Below, piece after piece: positions 12,617 through 22,192 of a DNA stretch of 64,000 nucleotides; within the stretch, counting starts at the first letter, position 1; the number at the start of each line of letters is the position of its first letter. The notes beneath the pieces are model-generated. The model saw only the letters and a program-made list of their open reading frames with translations. It searched no databases and was not told the DNA's origin. The DNA lies in the NCBI GenBank assembly GCA_964022095.1, contig CAXHZO010000005.1, positions 52,870 to 116,869 on the forward strand. The letters are read 5' to 3'. The translations under genes were made by a program, and so were the position numbers. Source of the stretch: an uncultured Arcobacteraceae bacterium. Lineage in GTDB: Bacteria; Campylobacterota; Campylobacteria; Campylobacterales; Arcobacteraceae.

Positions 12617-14428
12617 ATGCAAATAGATGTAAAAGGCAAATCTCAAAAAGAATTAGAACAACTTTCACAAGATATTAGAAATAGAATCATTGATGTTGTA
12701 TCAAGAAAAGGTGGTCACTTTTCTTCGACATTAGGTGCAGTTGAACTAACTATTGGTATGCATTATGTATTTGATGCATACAAAGACCCTTTTATATTTG
12801 ATGTATCTCACCAATGTTATCCACATAAATTATTAACTGGAAGATGGGAAGAGTTTGAATCAATAAGACAGTTTAATGGCTTAAGTGGATTTACAAAACC
12901 AAATGAAAGTGATGCTGATTATTTTGTAGCAGGGCATAGTTCTACTTCTATTTCACTTGCTGTAGGAGCTGCTAAATCAATTAGACTTAAAAAAGAAGAT
13001 AGAACACCTGTTGTTATGATAGGTGATGGTTCTATGACTGCCGGAATGGTTTATGAAGCTTTAAATGAACTTGGAGATATTAAATTTCCAGTTGTAATTA
13101 TTTTAAATGATAATGAAATGTCAATTGCAAAACCAATTGGAGCAATTTCAAAATATTTATCAAAAATACTTGCTGGAAAATCATACCAAAGTTTTAAAGG
13201 TAAAGTTGATAAATTTATTAAAAATAACATGCCAGAGGGTACTACATACATAGCTAAAAGAATGGAAGAAGCTATGAAACTAATCACTCCTGGAATTTTA
13301 TTTGAAGAGATGGGAATTGATTATATTGGTCCTATTGATGGACATGACATTGAAGAGGTTATTGATACATTAGAGATTGCAAAATCTATGAATAAGCCAG
13401 TAATTGTTCATGCAAGAACTGTAAAAGGTAAAGGTTATAAAATTGCTGAAGGTCAACATGAGTGTTGGCATGGAGTAGGACCTTTTAATGTTGAAGATGG
13501 CGCTTTTGTAAAAAAAGTTGCTCCTAAAGCAGCAACAGCAGTATATGCAGATGCTTTAATAAGTTTAGCTTGTAAATATGACAATGTTGTTGGAGTAACA
13601 GCAGCAATGCCAAGTGGTACAGGAATAAATAAACTTATGGATAAGTTTCCTGATAGATTCTGGGATGTTGCAATCGCAGAGCAACATGCGGTAACTTCAA
13701 TGGCAGCTATGGCTAAAGAGGGTTTTAAACCCTTTATTACACTATATTCTACATTTTTACAAAGAGGTTTTGACCAAATTATCCATGATGTATGTATTAT
13801 GGATTTACCAGTTGTATTTGCAATGGATAGAGCAGGAATTGTAGGAAATGATGGAGAAACTCACCAAGGTGCATTTGATATTTCATATCTAAGGTTTATT
13901 CCAAATATGATTTTATTTGCACCAAGAGACGATGAAACTTTAGAATTAGCTTTAGAGTTTGCATACACTTTAACAAGTCCAAGTGCAATTAGATATCCAA
14001 GAGGTGCATTTGCACAACTTGAGTTTGAATCAACACAGTTTACTTTAGGGAAAGCAGAACTTTTAAAAGAAGGTAGTAGTAATAAACTATTTATTGGATA
14101 TGGAGCAGGTGTTAGTAGAGCCATACAAACTCAAGAGCTTCATGATGAAGATATAGCAATACTTGATTTAAGGTTTGTAAAACCAATTGATAAAGAGTGT
14201 TTAGTGCAGTTATCTAAGAAGTATGATAATTGGTATGTATTTAGTGATTCACAAAAACAAAGTGGTGTAGGAAGTGCAATTTTAGAAGCTTTAAATGAAG
14301 AGAATATTCATAATATAAGCTTGACTTCATTTGAGTATGAAGATGCCTTTATAGATCATGGTGATACAAAAATAGTAGAGGAATCTTTAGGCTTACATCC
14401 TGAACAATTAGTTAAAAGAGTAATCTAG
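12617..14428 (+). CDS. dxs: 1-deoxy-D-xylulose-5-phosphate synthase
   Basis: DVSHQCYPHK, GDGSMTAG, IAEQHAV and DGETHQG motifs. Confidence 0.96.
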   Translation: MQIDVKGKSQKELEQLSQDIRNRIIDVVSRKGGHFSSTLGAVELTIGMHYVFDAYKDPFIFDVSHQCYPHKLLTGRWEEFESIRQFNGLSGFTKPNESDADYFVAGHSSTSISLAVGAAKSIRLKKEDRTPVVMIGDGSMTAGMVYEALNELGDIKFPVVIILNDNEMSIAKPIGAISKYLSKILAGKSYQSFKGKVDKFIKNNMPEGTTYIAKRMEEAMKLITPGILFEEMGIDYIGPIDGHDIEEVIDTLEIAKSMNKPVIVHARTVKGKGYKIAEGQHECWHGVGPFNVEDGAFVKKVAPKAATAVYADALISLACKYDNVVGVTAAMPSGTGINKLMDKFPDRFWDVAIAEQHAVTSMAAMAKEGFKPFITLYSTFLQRGFDQIIHDVCIMDLPVVFAMDRAGIVGNDGETHQGAFDISYLRFIPNMILFAPRDDETLELALEFAYTLTSPSAIRYPRGAFAQLEFESTQFTLGKAELLKEGSSNKLFIGYGAGVSRAIQTQELHDEDIAILDLRFVKPIDKECLVQLSKKYDNWYVFSDSQKQSGVGSAILEALNEENIHNISLTSFEYEDAFIDHGDTKIVEESLGLHPEQLVKRVI

Positions 14429-14895
14429 TGAATACCTTTACAAAATTACTACAAAACTCTTCAAAAGAAGAGATATTATCTATTTTAGATAAAAAACTTA
14501 AAAATAGTGATGAACCAGATTTTTGGAAAGAAAAAGTTGTGCCATATACAAATGCAATACTTTCTGTATTGTTCCCATTAAAGCAACAAAACTTATTATT
14601 TAATCCAGAAGGTAAAAAAGTAGATAAATTAGATAGCGAACTATTTTTTAGATGGGCTGATTTAGTTTGCTTAAGAACTTTGGCTTTTATAATAGAGCAA
14701 AGTAATGAAAAAAAACAATTACTTAGAACAGAGTATGAAAATGTAACTTATGAAACTATCGATTTAGAAGAATTAGGAAGTTACTTAGCTTCTAATAGAA
14801 TTAATTTGATTGATGAAGATAACTTGGATTTTCCTATGGCTACATATAATTTTCATACAGCAATAATTACCATAATTAAAAAACTTCTCAACTAA
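14428..14895 (+). CDS. hypothetical protein
   Basis: 155-aa ORF whose GTG overlaps the dxs stop; no motif recognised. Confidence 0.7.
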   Translation: MNTFTKLLQNSSKEEILSILDKKLKNSDEPDFWKEKVVPYTNAILSVLFPLKQQNLLFNPEGKKVDKLDSELFFRWADLVCLRTLAFIIEQSNEKKQLLRTEYENVTYETIDLEELGSYLASNRINLIDEDNLDFPMATYNFHTAIITIIKKLLN

Positions 14896-14923
14896 TTATA
14901 ATTAAAAATTATATTTTATTTAA

Positions 14924-14982
14924 GATAAAAGTTATCCTATTAAAATCCCAAAAAATCGTATTTAAGATATTTATAGTCCTAT
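14924..14982. promoter_or_regulatory. tandem Fur/PerR-like boxes upstream of ccp
   Basis: GATAAAAGTTATCCTAT (14924-14940) and GATATTTATAGTCCTAT (14966-14982); first has the GATAA-N3-TTATC core. Confidence 0.5.
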
Positions 14983-15089
14983 TAATTATAACTTTTACTT
15001 ATTAATAAATATAAAATATCAACAAAAATTAATTTTTCTTTAATAATCTTTATCCTAAACTATATATAGATACAAATAAAGGAGAATGT

Positions 15090-16115
15090 ATGAAATTAGT
15101 AGTTTCGTTAGCAGTATGTATAATAGGTGCAAGTTCAATGTTTGCAAATTCTTCATTAATTCAAAAAGCAAAAAATAGTGGATTAGAAGCAATTCCATCT
15201 TCAAAAGAAGGAATTATGAAATTAATTGATGATAAAAATGATCCAATAACAAAAGAGAAAGTTGAGTTAGGTAAGAAGTTATATTTTGATCCTAGAATTT
15301 CAAAAAGTGGACTTATTTCTTGTAATACATGTCATAATTTAGGTTTAGGTGGTGCAGATGGAATTCCTGCAGCTATTGGTCATGGTTGGACAGTAAATCC
15401 ACATCATTTAAACTCGCCTACTGTATATAATTCAGTATTTTTTAAAGCACAGTTTTGGGATGGAAGAAGCCCTCACTTAGCAGATCAAGCCCAAGGTCCA
15501 GTTCAAGCAGGTCCAGAAATGGCTGCACCTCCAAAATTAGTTGAAGATAGAATTAACTCAATTGCTGAATATGTAACTGAGTTTAAAGGTGCATATGGGA
15601 ATGATGTAAAAATTGATTTTGAAAAAATTACTGCTACTATTGCAACATTTGAAAAAACTTTAGTTACTCCATCAAGATTTGATAAGTTTTTAAATGGTGA
15701 TGAAAATGCATTAAGTAAAGAAGAAAAAGATGGATTAGTAACATTTATTGATAAAGGATGTACTGCATGTCATTCAGGTATTGCATTAGGTGGAACAATG
15801 CAGCCATTTGAAATAGCTGCAAAATATAAATTTACAGATGTAGGTGATTTTAAAGGTGATAAAAATGGAATGGTAAAAACTCCGACACTTAGAAATATCA
15901 CAGAAACAGCACCATATTTTCACAATGGTCAAATCTGGTCATTAAGCAAAGCAGTAAAAGAGATGGGTTCTACTCAATTAGGAATTGAGATTAATGATAG
16001 TGATGCAGCTAAGATAGTAACTTTCTTAAAAGCATTAAAAGGTGATAAGCCTGAAATTATCTATCCTCAATTACCTGAGTCTTCGATCACTACTCCAAAA
16101 CCATCAGCTAAATAG
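15090..16115 (+). CDS. ccp: di-heme cytochrome c peroxidase
   Basis: Signal peptide, CNTCH and CTACH heme motifs, FWDGR, TAPYFHNG. Confidence 0.93.
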   Translation: MKLVVSLAVCIIGASSMFANSSLIQKAKNSGLEAIPSSKEGIMKLIDDKNDPITKEKVELGKKLYFDPRISKSGLISCNTCHNLGLGGADGIPAAIGHGWTVNPHHLNSPTVYNSVFFKAQFWDGRSPHLADQAQGPVQAGPEMAAPPKLVEDRINSIAEYVTEFKGAYGNDVKIDFEKITATIATFEKTLVTPSRFDKFLNGDENALSKEEKDGLVTFIDKGCTACHSGIALGGTMQPFEIAAKYKFTDVGDFKGDKNGMVKTPTLRNITETAPYFHNGQIWSLSKAVKEMGSTQLGIEINDSDAAKIVTFLKALKGDKPEIIYPQLPESSITTPKPSAK

Positions 16116-16117
16116 TA

Positions 16118-16144
16118 AATCTAAGAGGATATTCCTCTTAGATT
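16118..16144. terminator. hairpin after ccp
   Basis: AATCTAAGAGGA-tat-TCCTCTTAGATT. Confidence 0.65.
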
Positions 16145-16186
16145 AATATCATTTTAATTTTCTAATATAAATAAAAAGGTAGAATT

Positions 16187-17290
16187 TTGGATATGAATAA
16201 ATCAAATTTAAAACGAGAAAAAGCAAAAGCTGCAATAGTAAATCTATTTATAGGTGATGCTTTATCAATGCCTGTTCACTGGTTTTATAACCGCTTTGAT
16301 ATTTTAAAAGCTTTTCCACCTTCTGGAATTACAAAAATGCAAGCTGCTCCTTTTTTTCATCCAAGTTCAATAATGAATTTGCACTCTACTAAAAGTGGTG
16401 GAAGAAAAAATGAGAAAAATATATCGCAAAAAGAAGTGGTAGGTGATGTTATACTTAAAGGTAAGAGTCATTTATGGGGAAAAGCTAATATTCATTATCA
16501 TCATGAAATGAAAGCAGGTGAGAATACTTTAAATGCTTGGTGCGCTAAATGGCTTATGGAAAGTTTAGTAAAACAAGAGGAATACAATTGTAAAGATTGG
16601 GCAGAAGAGTATATTGATTTGATGACCTCTTCAACACCCAAGCATCCAGATACTTACGCTGAGAGTTATCATAGAGAGTTTTTTGCTAATTACTCAAATG
16701 GTAAAGAGGTATTAAAATGTGGTGGCGTAACTCATGATACTCCTTCAATGGGAGCACTTGTTAGTGTAGGTGTTTTGGCATTGAGCTTGTTTTCTTTTAA
16801 ATCTTTAGATGAAGTAATTAAAACTTGTCAAGAACATGTATTTTTAACTCATCCTGATGAAGGCCTAATGTATGTAGTAAAAAGCTATGTTATTTTATTG
16901 CATAACTTGCTTAATAATGATTCAGATTTAGTAATACTTAATGAAATAAATACGGCAGCAAGTGTAATTCCTAAAACTAAAATATTTAAACTAATAAGCC
17001 AAAATAAAGAAGATTCTTATGTTTTAGGACAAAAATATTCACTTGCATGTTATATTACAGATTCTTGGCCAAGTGTTTGTTATTTGGCATGTAAATATTA
17101 TAAAGATCCTAAAAAAGCTCTACTTATTAATACAAACCTAGGTGGAGAAAATGCTCATAGAGGTTCGGTTTTAGGAACTATAGTTGGTTTAGCCTCAAAT
17201 AAATTTGATGAAGATTTATATAAGAGCTTAGAACAACACAAGAACTTAGAGTTATTAATCAATCAATGGCTTGATAAGTTTTATCCATAA
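16187..17290 (+). CDS. ADP-ribosylglycohydrolase family protein
   Basis: IGDALSMP near the N-terminus and NTNLGGENAHRGSVLG near the C-terminus. Confidence 0.75.
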   Translation: MDMNKSNLKREKAKAAIVNLFIGDALSMPVHWFYNRFDILKAFPPSGITKMQAAPFFHPSSIMNLHSTKSGGRKNEKNISQKEVVGDVILKGKSHLWGKANIHYHHEMKAGENTLNAWCAKWLMESLVKQEEYNCKDWAEEYIDLMTSSTPKHPDTYAESYHREFFANYSNGKEVLKCGGVTHDTPSMGALVSVGVLALSLFSFKSLDEVIKTCQEHVFLTHPDEGLMYVVKSYVILLHNLLNNDSDLVILNEINTAASVIPKTKIFKLISQNKEDSYVLGQKYSLACYITDSWPSVCYLACKYYKDPKKALLINTNLGGENAHRGSVLGTIVGLASNKFDEDLYKSLEQHKNLELLINQWLDKFYP

Positions 17291-17828
17291 AAACTTTTAA
17301 TTTCTCAGCACAAAGGCCCATAGCTGTACTTTCATAACCTTTTACACTTTTGATATAAGGCTTACAAAAACCTTCAACCATAATCGCACCTGCTTTTCCA
17401 AAGCACTCACCTGATTTTATATAGTTTTCTATATCATTATTTTCAAATTTTTCAAATAAATATGTAGTGATTGAAATATCAATTAGCTCTTTATTTTTTG
17501 ATTTATAAATCATACAAGTAATAACTGAAGTTTCACTTCCACTTTGAAGTTTTAGCATTCTTCTTGCATCTTTTTCATCTTTTGCTTTTCTTAGAAGCTT
17601 GCCATTTGATGTAACAACACTATCTGAAACTAACAAAGGCATATCTTCAACACCATATTTTTTGTATAGTTCATCAAATTTTCCTTTTGTGGCCTCATAA
17701 CAAAAGCTTTTTGGATCAGTTGTTTTTATAGAATCTTCATCAAAGTTACCACCATTTTGTATAAAGTTAATTCCAAATTGTGTTAATATTTTTGCTCTTG
17801 TTGATGAGTTTGAACCTAGTCTGATCAA
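17259..17828 (-). CDS. maf: Maf-family nucleoside triphosphate pyrophosphatase
   Basis: LGSNSSTRAKIL, SDSVV and GKAGA motifs. Confidence 0.9.
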   Translation of the reverse strand: MIRLGSNSSTRAKILTQFGINFIQNGGNFDEDSIKTTDPKSFCYEATKGKFDELYKKYGVEDMPLLVSDSVVTSNGKLLRKAKDEKDARRMLKLQSGSETSVITCMIYKSKNKELIDISITTYLFEKFENNDIENYIKSGECFGKAGAIMVEGFCKPYIKSVKGYESTAMGLCAEKLKVFMDKTYQAID

Positions 17829-17908
17829 GTTAAACCTTTTTTATTTAAATAATACTCTATTAGTATATAATAGAGCTTTAAAAATTGAATATTTTATAGG
17901 ATTAAATA

Positions 17909-18859
17909 ATGAACATAGTTGTAATAGGTGTAGGTGGAATAGGTGCTTTTTATGGAATGATTTTACATGATGTAGGATGTAATGTAAAATTTATAGCTAG
18001 AGGGGAAAACTTAGAATATCTTAAAAACAATAAAATGAAACTAAGTCATCCAAATTATACTATTGAAGATAAAATTGATACATATAATCTTGATGAGTTT
18101 ATAACTAATCATAGGCCTGAATATATAGATGCCATATTAATTGCTACAAAGGGAATGAGTACAGAGCCTATCTCCCAAAAGCTTGCCTTATGGACTAAAA
18201 ATGCAAATTCAATACCTTATTATATTTCACTTCAAAATGGTGTTGACAATGAAAATATTATGGAAGAGTATTATAATAAAGAGTATGTTATAGGTGGACT
18301 TACAAGACTTATTGTATCTCATACAGTAGGACTTGGACATGTTCATTGTGAGGGAGGAGTTGAAACTTTAATAGGAGCAGTAAATCCAAATGAAGTAAAT
18401 AGTAGATTTTTAGAAAACTTAAAAACTGTTTTAGATAAAACTCAAACAAGAACTATCATATGTGAAAACATAAAGTTAGAGCTTTGGAATAAACTTATAG
18501 TTAATAATGGTGTAAATGCAATATGTGCCTTACTAGAAGAAGAATCAGGTCCTTTAATGAAAAATGAAAAAACTTCAAAACTTATCTATGGACTTATGAG
18601 TGAAGCAGCACTTGCTTCAAATGCTGCTGGAGTTAATCTTACTCAAGAAGATGCAGATAAAATGTTTGAACTTTATACAAAATTTCAGTCTGTAAAACCC
18701 TCTATGTGGCTTGATAAAGAGAATAATAGAGATTTAGAATTAGAGCAAATTTGTGGTGTTGTTATAAAAAATTGTGAAAAACAAGGACTTGATGCTCCTT
18801 ATACTAGAACTATTTCTACGCTTTTAGAGTTTACATACAATAGACAAAGAAATAAATAA
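17909..18859 (+). CDS. panE: ketopantoate reductase (ApbA/PanE) family protein, copy 1
   Basis: GVGGIG Rossmann motif, LQNG, LWNKLIVN, KPSM. Confidence 0.75.
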   Translation: MNIVVIGVGGIGAFYGMILHDVGCNVKFIARGENLEYLKNNKMKLSHPNYTIEDKIDTYNLDEFITNHRPEYIDAILIATKGMSTEPISQKLALWTKNANSIPYYISLQNGVDNENIMEEYYNKEYVIGGLTRLIVSHTVGLGHVHCEGGVETLIGAVNPNEVNSRFLENLKTVLDKTQTRTIICENIKLELWNKLIVNNGVNAICALLEEESGPLMKNEKTSKLIYGLMSEAALASNAAGVNLTQEDADKMFELYTKFQSVKPSMWLDKENNRDLELEQICGVVIKNCEKQGLDAPYTRTISTLLEFTYNRQRNK

Positions 18860-18939
18860 AACTAAAAATCGCAAAAAATCGCTTGATTTTTTAAGTTAGT
18901 ATTTCATAGATATAATTAGTCATAAGAAAAAGGAATTTA

Positions 18940-19470
18940 ATGAATAAAACAGTTGTATATCAAGGTGTTGAGGGAGCATATTCTCATCTTGCAAGTAGTA
19001 AACTTTTTCTTAACTCAAAATTTATTGCATCTGATTCTTTTTTAGAATCAATGCAATTAGTAGAGCAAGGTAAGGCAGACTTTGGAGTAATCCCAATAGA
19101 AAACTCATCAGCTGGTAGAGTTGAAGATATTTATAGGCTTGTTTCTAAATATAATAGATGAGTATTTTTATCTAATAAAGCATATATAACATCTCTTATA
19201 TTTAGTATGAGAAATATACCAGTAGCACTTTATAAAGCTCTTGGTGCTTTTGCTACTAATGGAATAGATTTAATCAAAATAGAGAGTTATTCAGGTATTG
19301 GAAGTATGTATTCAACTCAGTTTCATGTGGATTTATATGGTCATACGGATGAAAAAAGACTGCAATTAGCCCTTGATGAGCTGAGGTTTTTTGTGGAAGA
19401 ATTGAAAGTTATTGGTGTTTATGAAAGGCATGAGTATAGAGATAAAATGTGTGAGTTAAACCATTTATAA
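18940..19470 (+). pseudogene. pheA: prephenate dehydratase remnant with internal deletion and in-frame TGA at 19159-19161
   Basis: N-terminal YQGVEGAYS...PIENSSAG and C-terminal ACT domain (NIPVALYKALGAFATNGIDLIKIES) share one frame; only 177 codons; TRF-containing centre missing. Confidence 0.8.
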
Positions 19471-19494
19471 AATGAAGCAATAGCTTCATTTTAT
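19467..19494. terminator. bidirectional hairpin between the pheA remnant and leuB
   Basis: ATAAAATGAAGC-aata-GCTTCATTTTAT. Confidence 0.7.
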
Positions 19495-20558
19495 TTGTTG
19501 ATATACTCAACTATAATATCTCCCATTTGAGAAGTACTTAAAACTTCTTTTGCATCAAAAGATGATAAATCTTTAGTTCTATAGCCATCTTTTAGTACAT
19601 TTTTAATAGCTTCTTGTATTATATTTGAAGATTCTTCTTCATTTAGTGAATATTTAAGCATCATTGCAGCACTCTCAATTGTAGCTATTGGATTGGCTAT
19701 TCCAAGACCTGCAATATCAGGAGCTGAACCATGAATAGGTTCATAAACAGCTGTTTTATTTCCAGTTGAAGCACTAGGAAGAAGACCAATTGAACCTACA
19801 ACCATTGAAGCTGTATCACTTAAAATATCTCCAAAAATATTTCCTGTAACTATTACATCAAATTGTTTTGGGTTTCGCACTAATTGCATAGCTGCATTAT
19901 CAACATACATATGAGAAAGTTCAACTTCAGGATACTCTTTTGATAACTCAATCATAGTTGACCTCCAAAGTTGAGATACCTCTAAAACATTTGATTTATC
20001 AACAGAGCATAATCTCTTATCTCTTTTCATGGCTAGTTCAAAAGCAGTTTTTCCGATTCTTTGGATTTCTTCTTTTGTATAAACCATAGTATTAAAAGCT
20101 TTTTGTCCATCATTTTGCCTTGGTTCACCAAAATATATACCACCAATTAACTCTCTTATAACCATAATATCACAGCCTTTTATGATCTCAGGCTTTAGTG
20201 TTGAGGCATTTGTAAGTTCATCATAAACAATGGCAGGTCGTAAGTTTGCAAATACTCCTAACTCTTCTCTAAACTTTAAAAGCCCAGATTCAGGTCTTAG
20301 ATGTCTAGGTAAGTTATCCCATTTCTCACCACCAATAGCACCAAATAAACAAGCATGAGATTTTAAAACCCCATCAACTGTCTCTTTTGGAAGAGGGTGA
20401 CCTATTTTATCAATGGCTACTCCACCCATTAGATACTCTTTATATTCTAAATTGAAGCCACACTTTTTACTAATGGCATCTAATACTTTCACAGCTTCAT
20501 TTATAATTTCAACGCCAATTCCATCACCTTTGATTAATGATATATTATAATTTTTCAC
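19491..20558 (-). CDS. leuB: 3-isopropylmalate dehydrogenase
   Basis: [14 protein letters not shown] and [12 protein letters not shown] motifs. Confidence 0.92.
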   Translation of the reverse strand: MKNYNISLIKGDGIGVEIINEAVKVLDAISKKCGFNLEYKEYLMGGVAIDKIGHPLPKETVDGVLKSHACLFGAIGGEKWDNLPRHLRPESGLLKFREELGVFANLRPAIVYDELTNASTLKPEIIKGCDIMVIRELIGGIYFGEPRQNDGQKAFNTMVYTKEEIQRIGKTAFELAMKRDKRLCSVDKSNVLEVSQLWRSTMIELSKEYPEVELSHMYVDNAAMQLVRNPKQFDVIVTGNIFGDILSDTASMVVGSIGLLPSASTGNKTAVYEPIHGSAPDIAGLGIANPIATIESAAMMLKYSLNEEESSNIIQEAIKNVLKDGYRTKDLSSFDAKEVLSTSQMGDIIVEYINK

Positions 20559-20569
20559 ATATTCTCCTT

Positions 20570-21364
20570 TTATATTGCACTTTGAACCACACCCGCATCA
20601 GCTCTTAAAACTGCACCATTTGTAGCACTTGATATTGGACTTGCTGTATAAACAATCATATTTGATACCTCATCTACTTCTGTAAATCTTTTAAGTAGTG
20701 ATGTTGGTCGTATATTTTTAAAGAACTCTTCTTGCATTTGCTCAAAAGTGAAGTTCATTTGTTTTGCATAATCATATAAAAAAGTAGTAACACCCTCTGA
20801 TTTTGTAGGTCCTATGATGATAGAGTTTGAAGTTACATTGGTGCCAGCTGTAAGCTCAGCTATTCCTCTAGCGATTGATAATTGTGCAGTTTTACTCATA
20901 CCATAGTGAATCATCTCTTTTGGTATTTGATACGCTGATTCACTTGAAATAAAGATAATTCTTCCCCAATTTTGCTTTAGCATAGAAGGTAAGTAAGATT
21001 GAGATAGTCTTACTCCACTCATTACATTTGTATTAAACATACTAAGCCAATCTTCTTCCTCTAAACTTGTAAACTCTTTTGTCTCAAAAATTCCAAGGTT
21101 ATTGATTAGAATATCTACTTTTGATAGTTGTTTTATTAATTTATCGCAGCCTTCTTTACTTGAAAGGTCAGCAACTATTCCTTCAACTTTTGCATTTTTG
21201 TTATAAGATTTTATTTTTTTGATAGATTCTTGAACATTTTGTTCATCTCGACCATTTATATATACATAAGCACCCTCATCACATAATTTTTTAGCTGTTG
21301 CAAAACCAACGCCTAAAGTTGAACCTGTAACAAGAGCAGTTTTATTTTGTAGTTTTAAATCCAT
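20570..21364 (-). CDS. short-chain dehydrogenase/reductase
   Basis: [12 protein letters not shown] and YGMSK (YxxxK) motifs. Confidence 0.88.
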   Translation of the reverse strand: MDLKLQNKTALVTGSTLGVGFATAKKLCDEGAYVYINGRDEQNVQESIKKIKSYNKNAKVEGIVADLSSKEGCDKLIKQLSKVDILINNLGIFETKEFTSLEEEDWLSMFNTNVMSGVRLSQSYLPSMLKQNWGRIIFISSESAYQIPKEMIHYGMSKTAQLSIARGIAELTAGTNVTSNSIIIGPTKSEGVTTFLYDYAKQMNFTFEQMQEEFFKNIRPTSLLKRFTEVDEVSNMIVYTASPISSATNGAVLRADAGVVQSAI

Positions 21365-21392
21365 ACTAATACTCCTTTATAAAAATAAAGGC

Positions 21393-21425
21393 ATCTTAGT
21401 AGAATTTAATCGTATTATTATCGCA
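21393..21425 (-). promoter_or_regulatory. TGCGAT tandem box plus -10 element, promoter of SDR-leuB
   Basis: Minus strand reads TGCGAT-AATAA-TACGAT-N10-TAAGAT. Confidence 0.7.
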
Positions 21426-21431
21426 GTTTAT

Positions 21432-22190
21432 TTAAAACAGTTCTATTTTATATCCTGAGTTATTTTGATTTACTATTAAGTCTTTATGTATTTTACTTCT
21501 AAGTCTAAATAAAACAGACCTAAAAGCAGCATATCCAGCTGGTTCATCTTGCCAAATTGCATACTCCATTTGTTCTTGGGATACAAATTGCCCAGCACTT
21601 CTACAAAGTAAATCAATAATCTTTTTCTCTTTAGAAGTTAGTTTTATAGGTTCATCTCCATAATATAAAACTTCTACTTCTTTATCATAAAGATAACCAT
21701 ATTTAAGTTGTATTGTTCTATGATTTTGTTCTTTATTTAAAGATAATTGATGCTCTAAAGTTTTGTTTATATTTTCAACAGCATCTAGTTTTTTAATTTT
21801 TTCATTATCTTCTTTTGCTTTACTAAGAGCCACTTCAATAGCAGCATGTAAGCTTTGTTTTTTATATGGTTTGATTATATATCCATATGCTAAAGTTTGA
21901 GAAGCTTCTTTTATAGTTTTTATTTCTGAATTTGCAGTTAGAAAAACCACAGGTACCTCAGGAATTGAGTTTTTTAACTCTTTTGCAAGCTCAATTCCAG
22001 TAGTTGGTCCTTTTAGGTAAATATCCATCAAAATTAAGTCAGGTTTAGCACCTTTTTCTAATAAAGCTATAGTTTTACATCTATTTGGAGCAACACCACA
22101 AACTTTATATCCTAATTCATGTAGTGTTTCTTTTAGATTTAGTGCAATTATTGATTCATCTTCAACAATTAAAATTTCAATTTTGCTCAT
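21432..22190 (-). CDS. response regulator, REC plus OmpR/PhoB-type winged helix
   Basis: IVEDE...PDLILMDI...IKPY receiver; C-terminal LTSKEKKII...IW...LFRLRSKI...GYK wHTH pattern. Confidence 0.85.
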   Translation of the reverse strand: MSKIEILIVEDESIIALNLKETLHELGYKVCGVAPNRCKTIALLEKGAKPDLILMDIYLKGPTTGIELAKELKNSIPEVPVVFLTANSEIKTIKEASQTLAYGYIIKPYKKQSLHAAIEVALSKAKEDNEKIKKLDAVENINKTLEHQLSLNKEQNHRTIQLKYGYLYDKEVEVLYYGDEPIKLTSKEKKIIDLLCRSAGQFVSQEQMEYAIWQDEPAGYAAFRSVLFRLRSKIHKDLIVNQNNSGYKIELF

Positions 22191-22192
22191 TA

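Noticed and set aside
14428-14895. Faint resemblance of DFWKEK...AILSVL to a coupling-protein helical domain
   Set aside because: Too short and subjective, with no ATPase motifs or secretion genes nearby; it would need an HMM or structure search
18868-18883. Sixth full regulon promoter
   Set aside because: Spacing is 10 bp rather than 11, orientation is opposite to the downstream gene, and there is no -10 hexamer at the expected distance; kept only as a weak variant
19159-19161. In-frame TGA as selenocysteine or readthrough in the pheA remnant
   Set aside because: Even with readthrough the central catalytic region is missing, and no SECIS-like hairpin was seen after the codon
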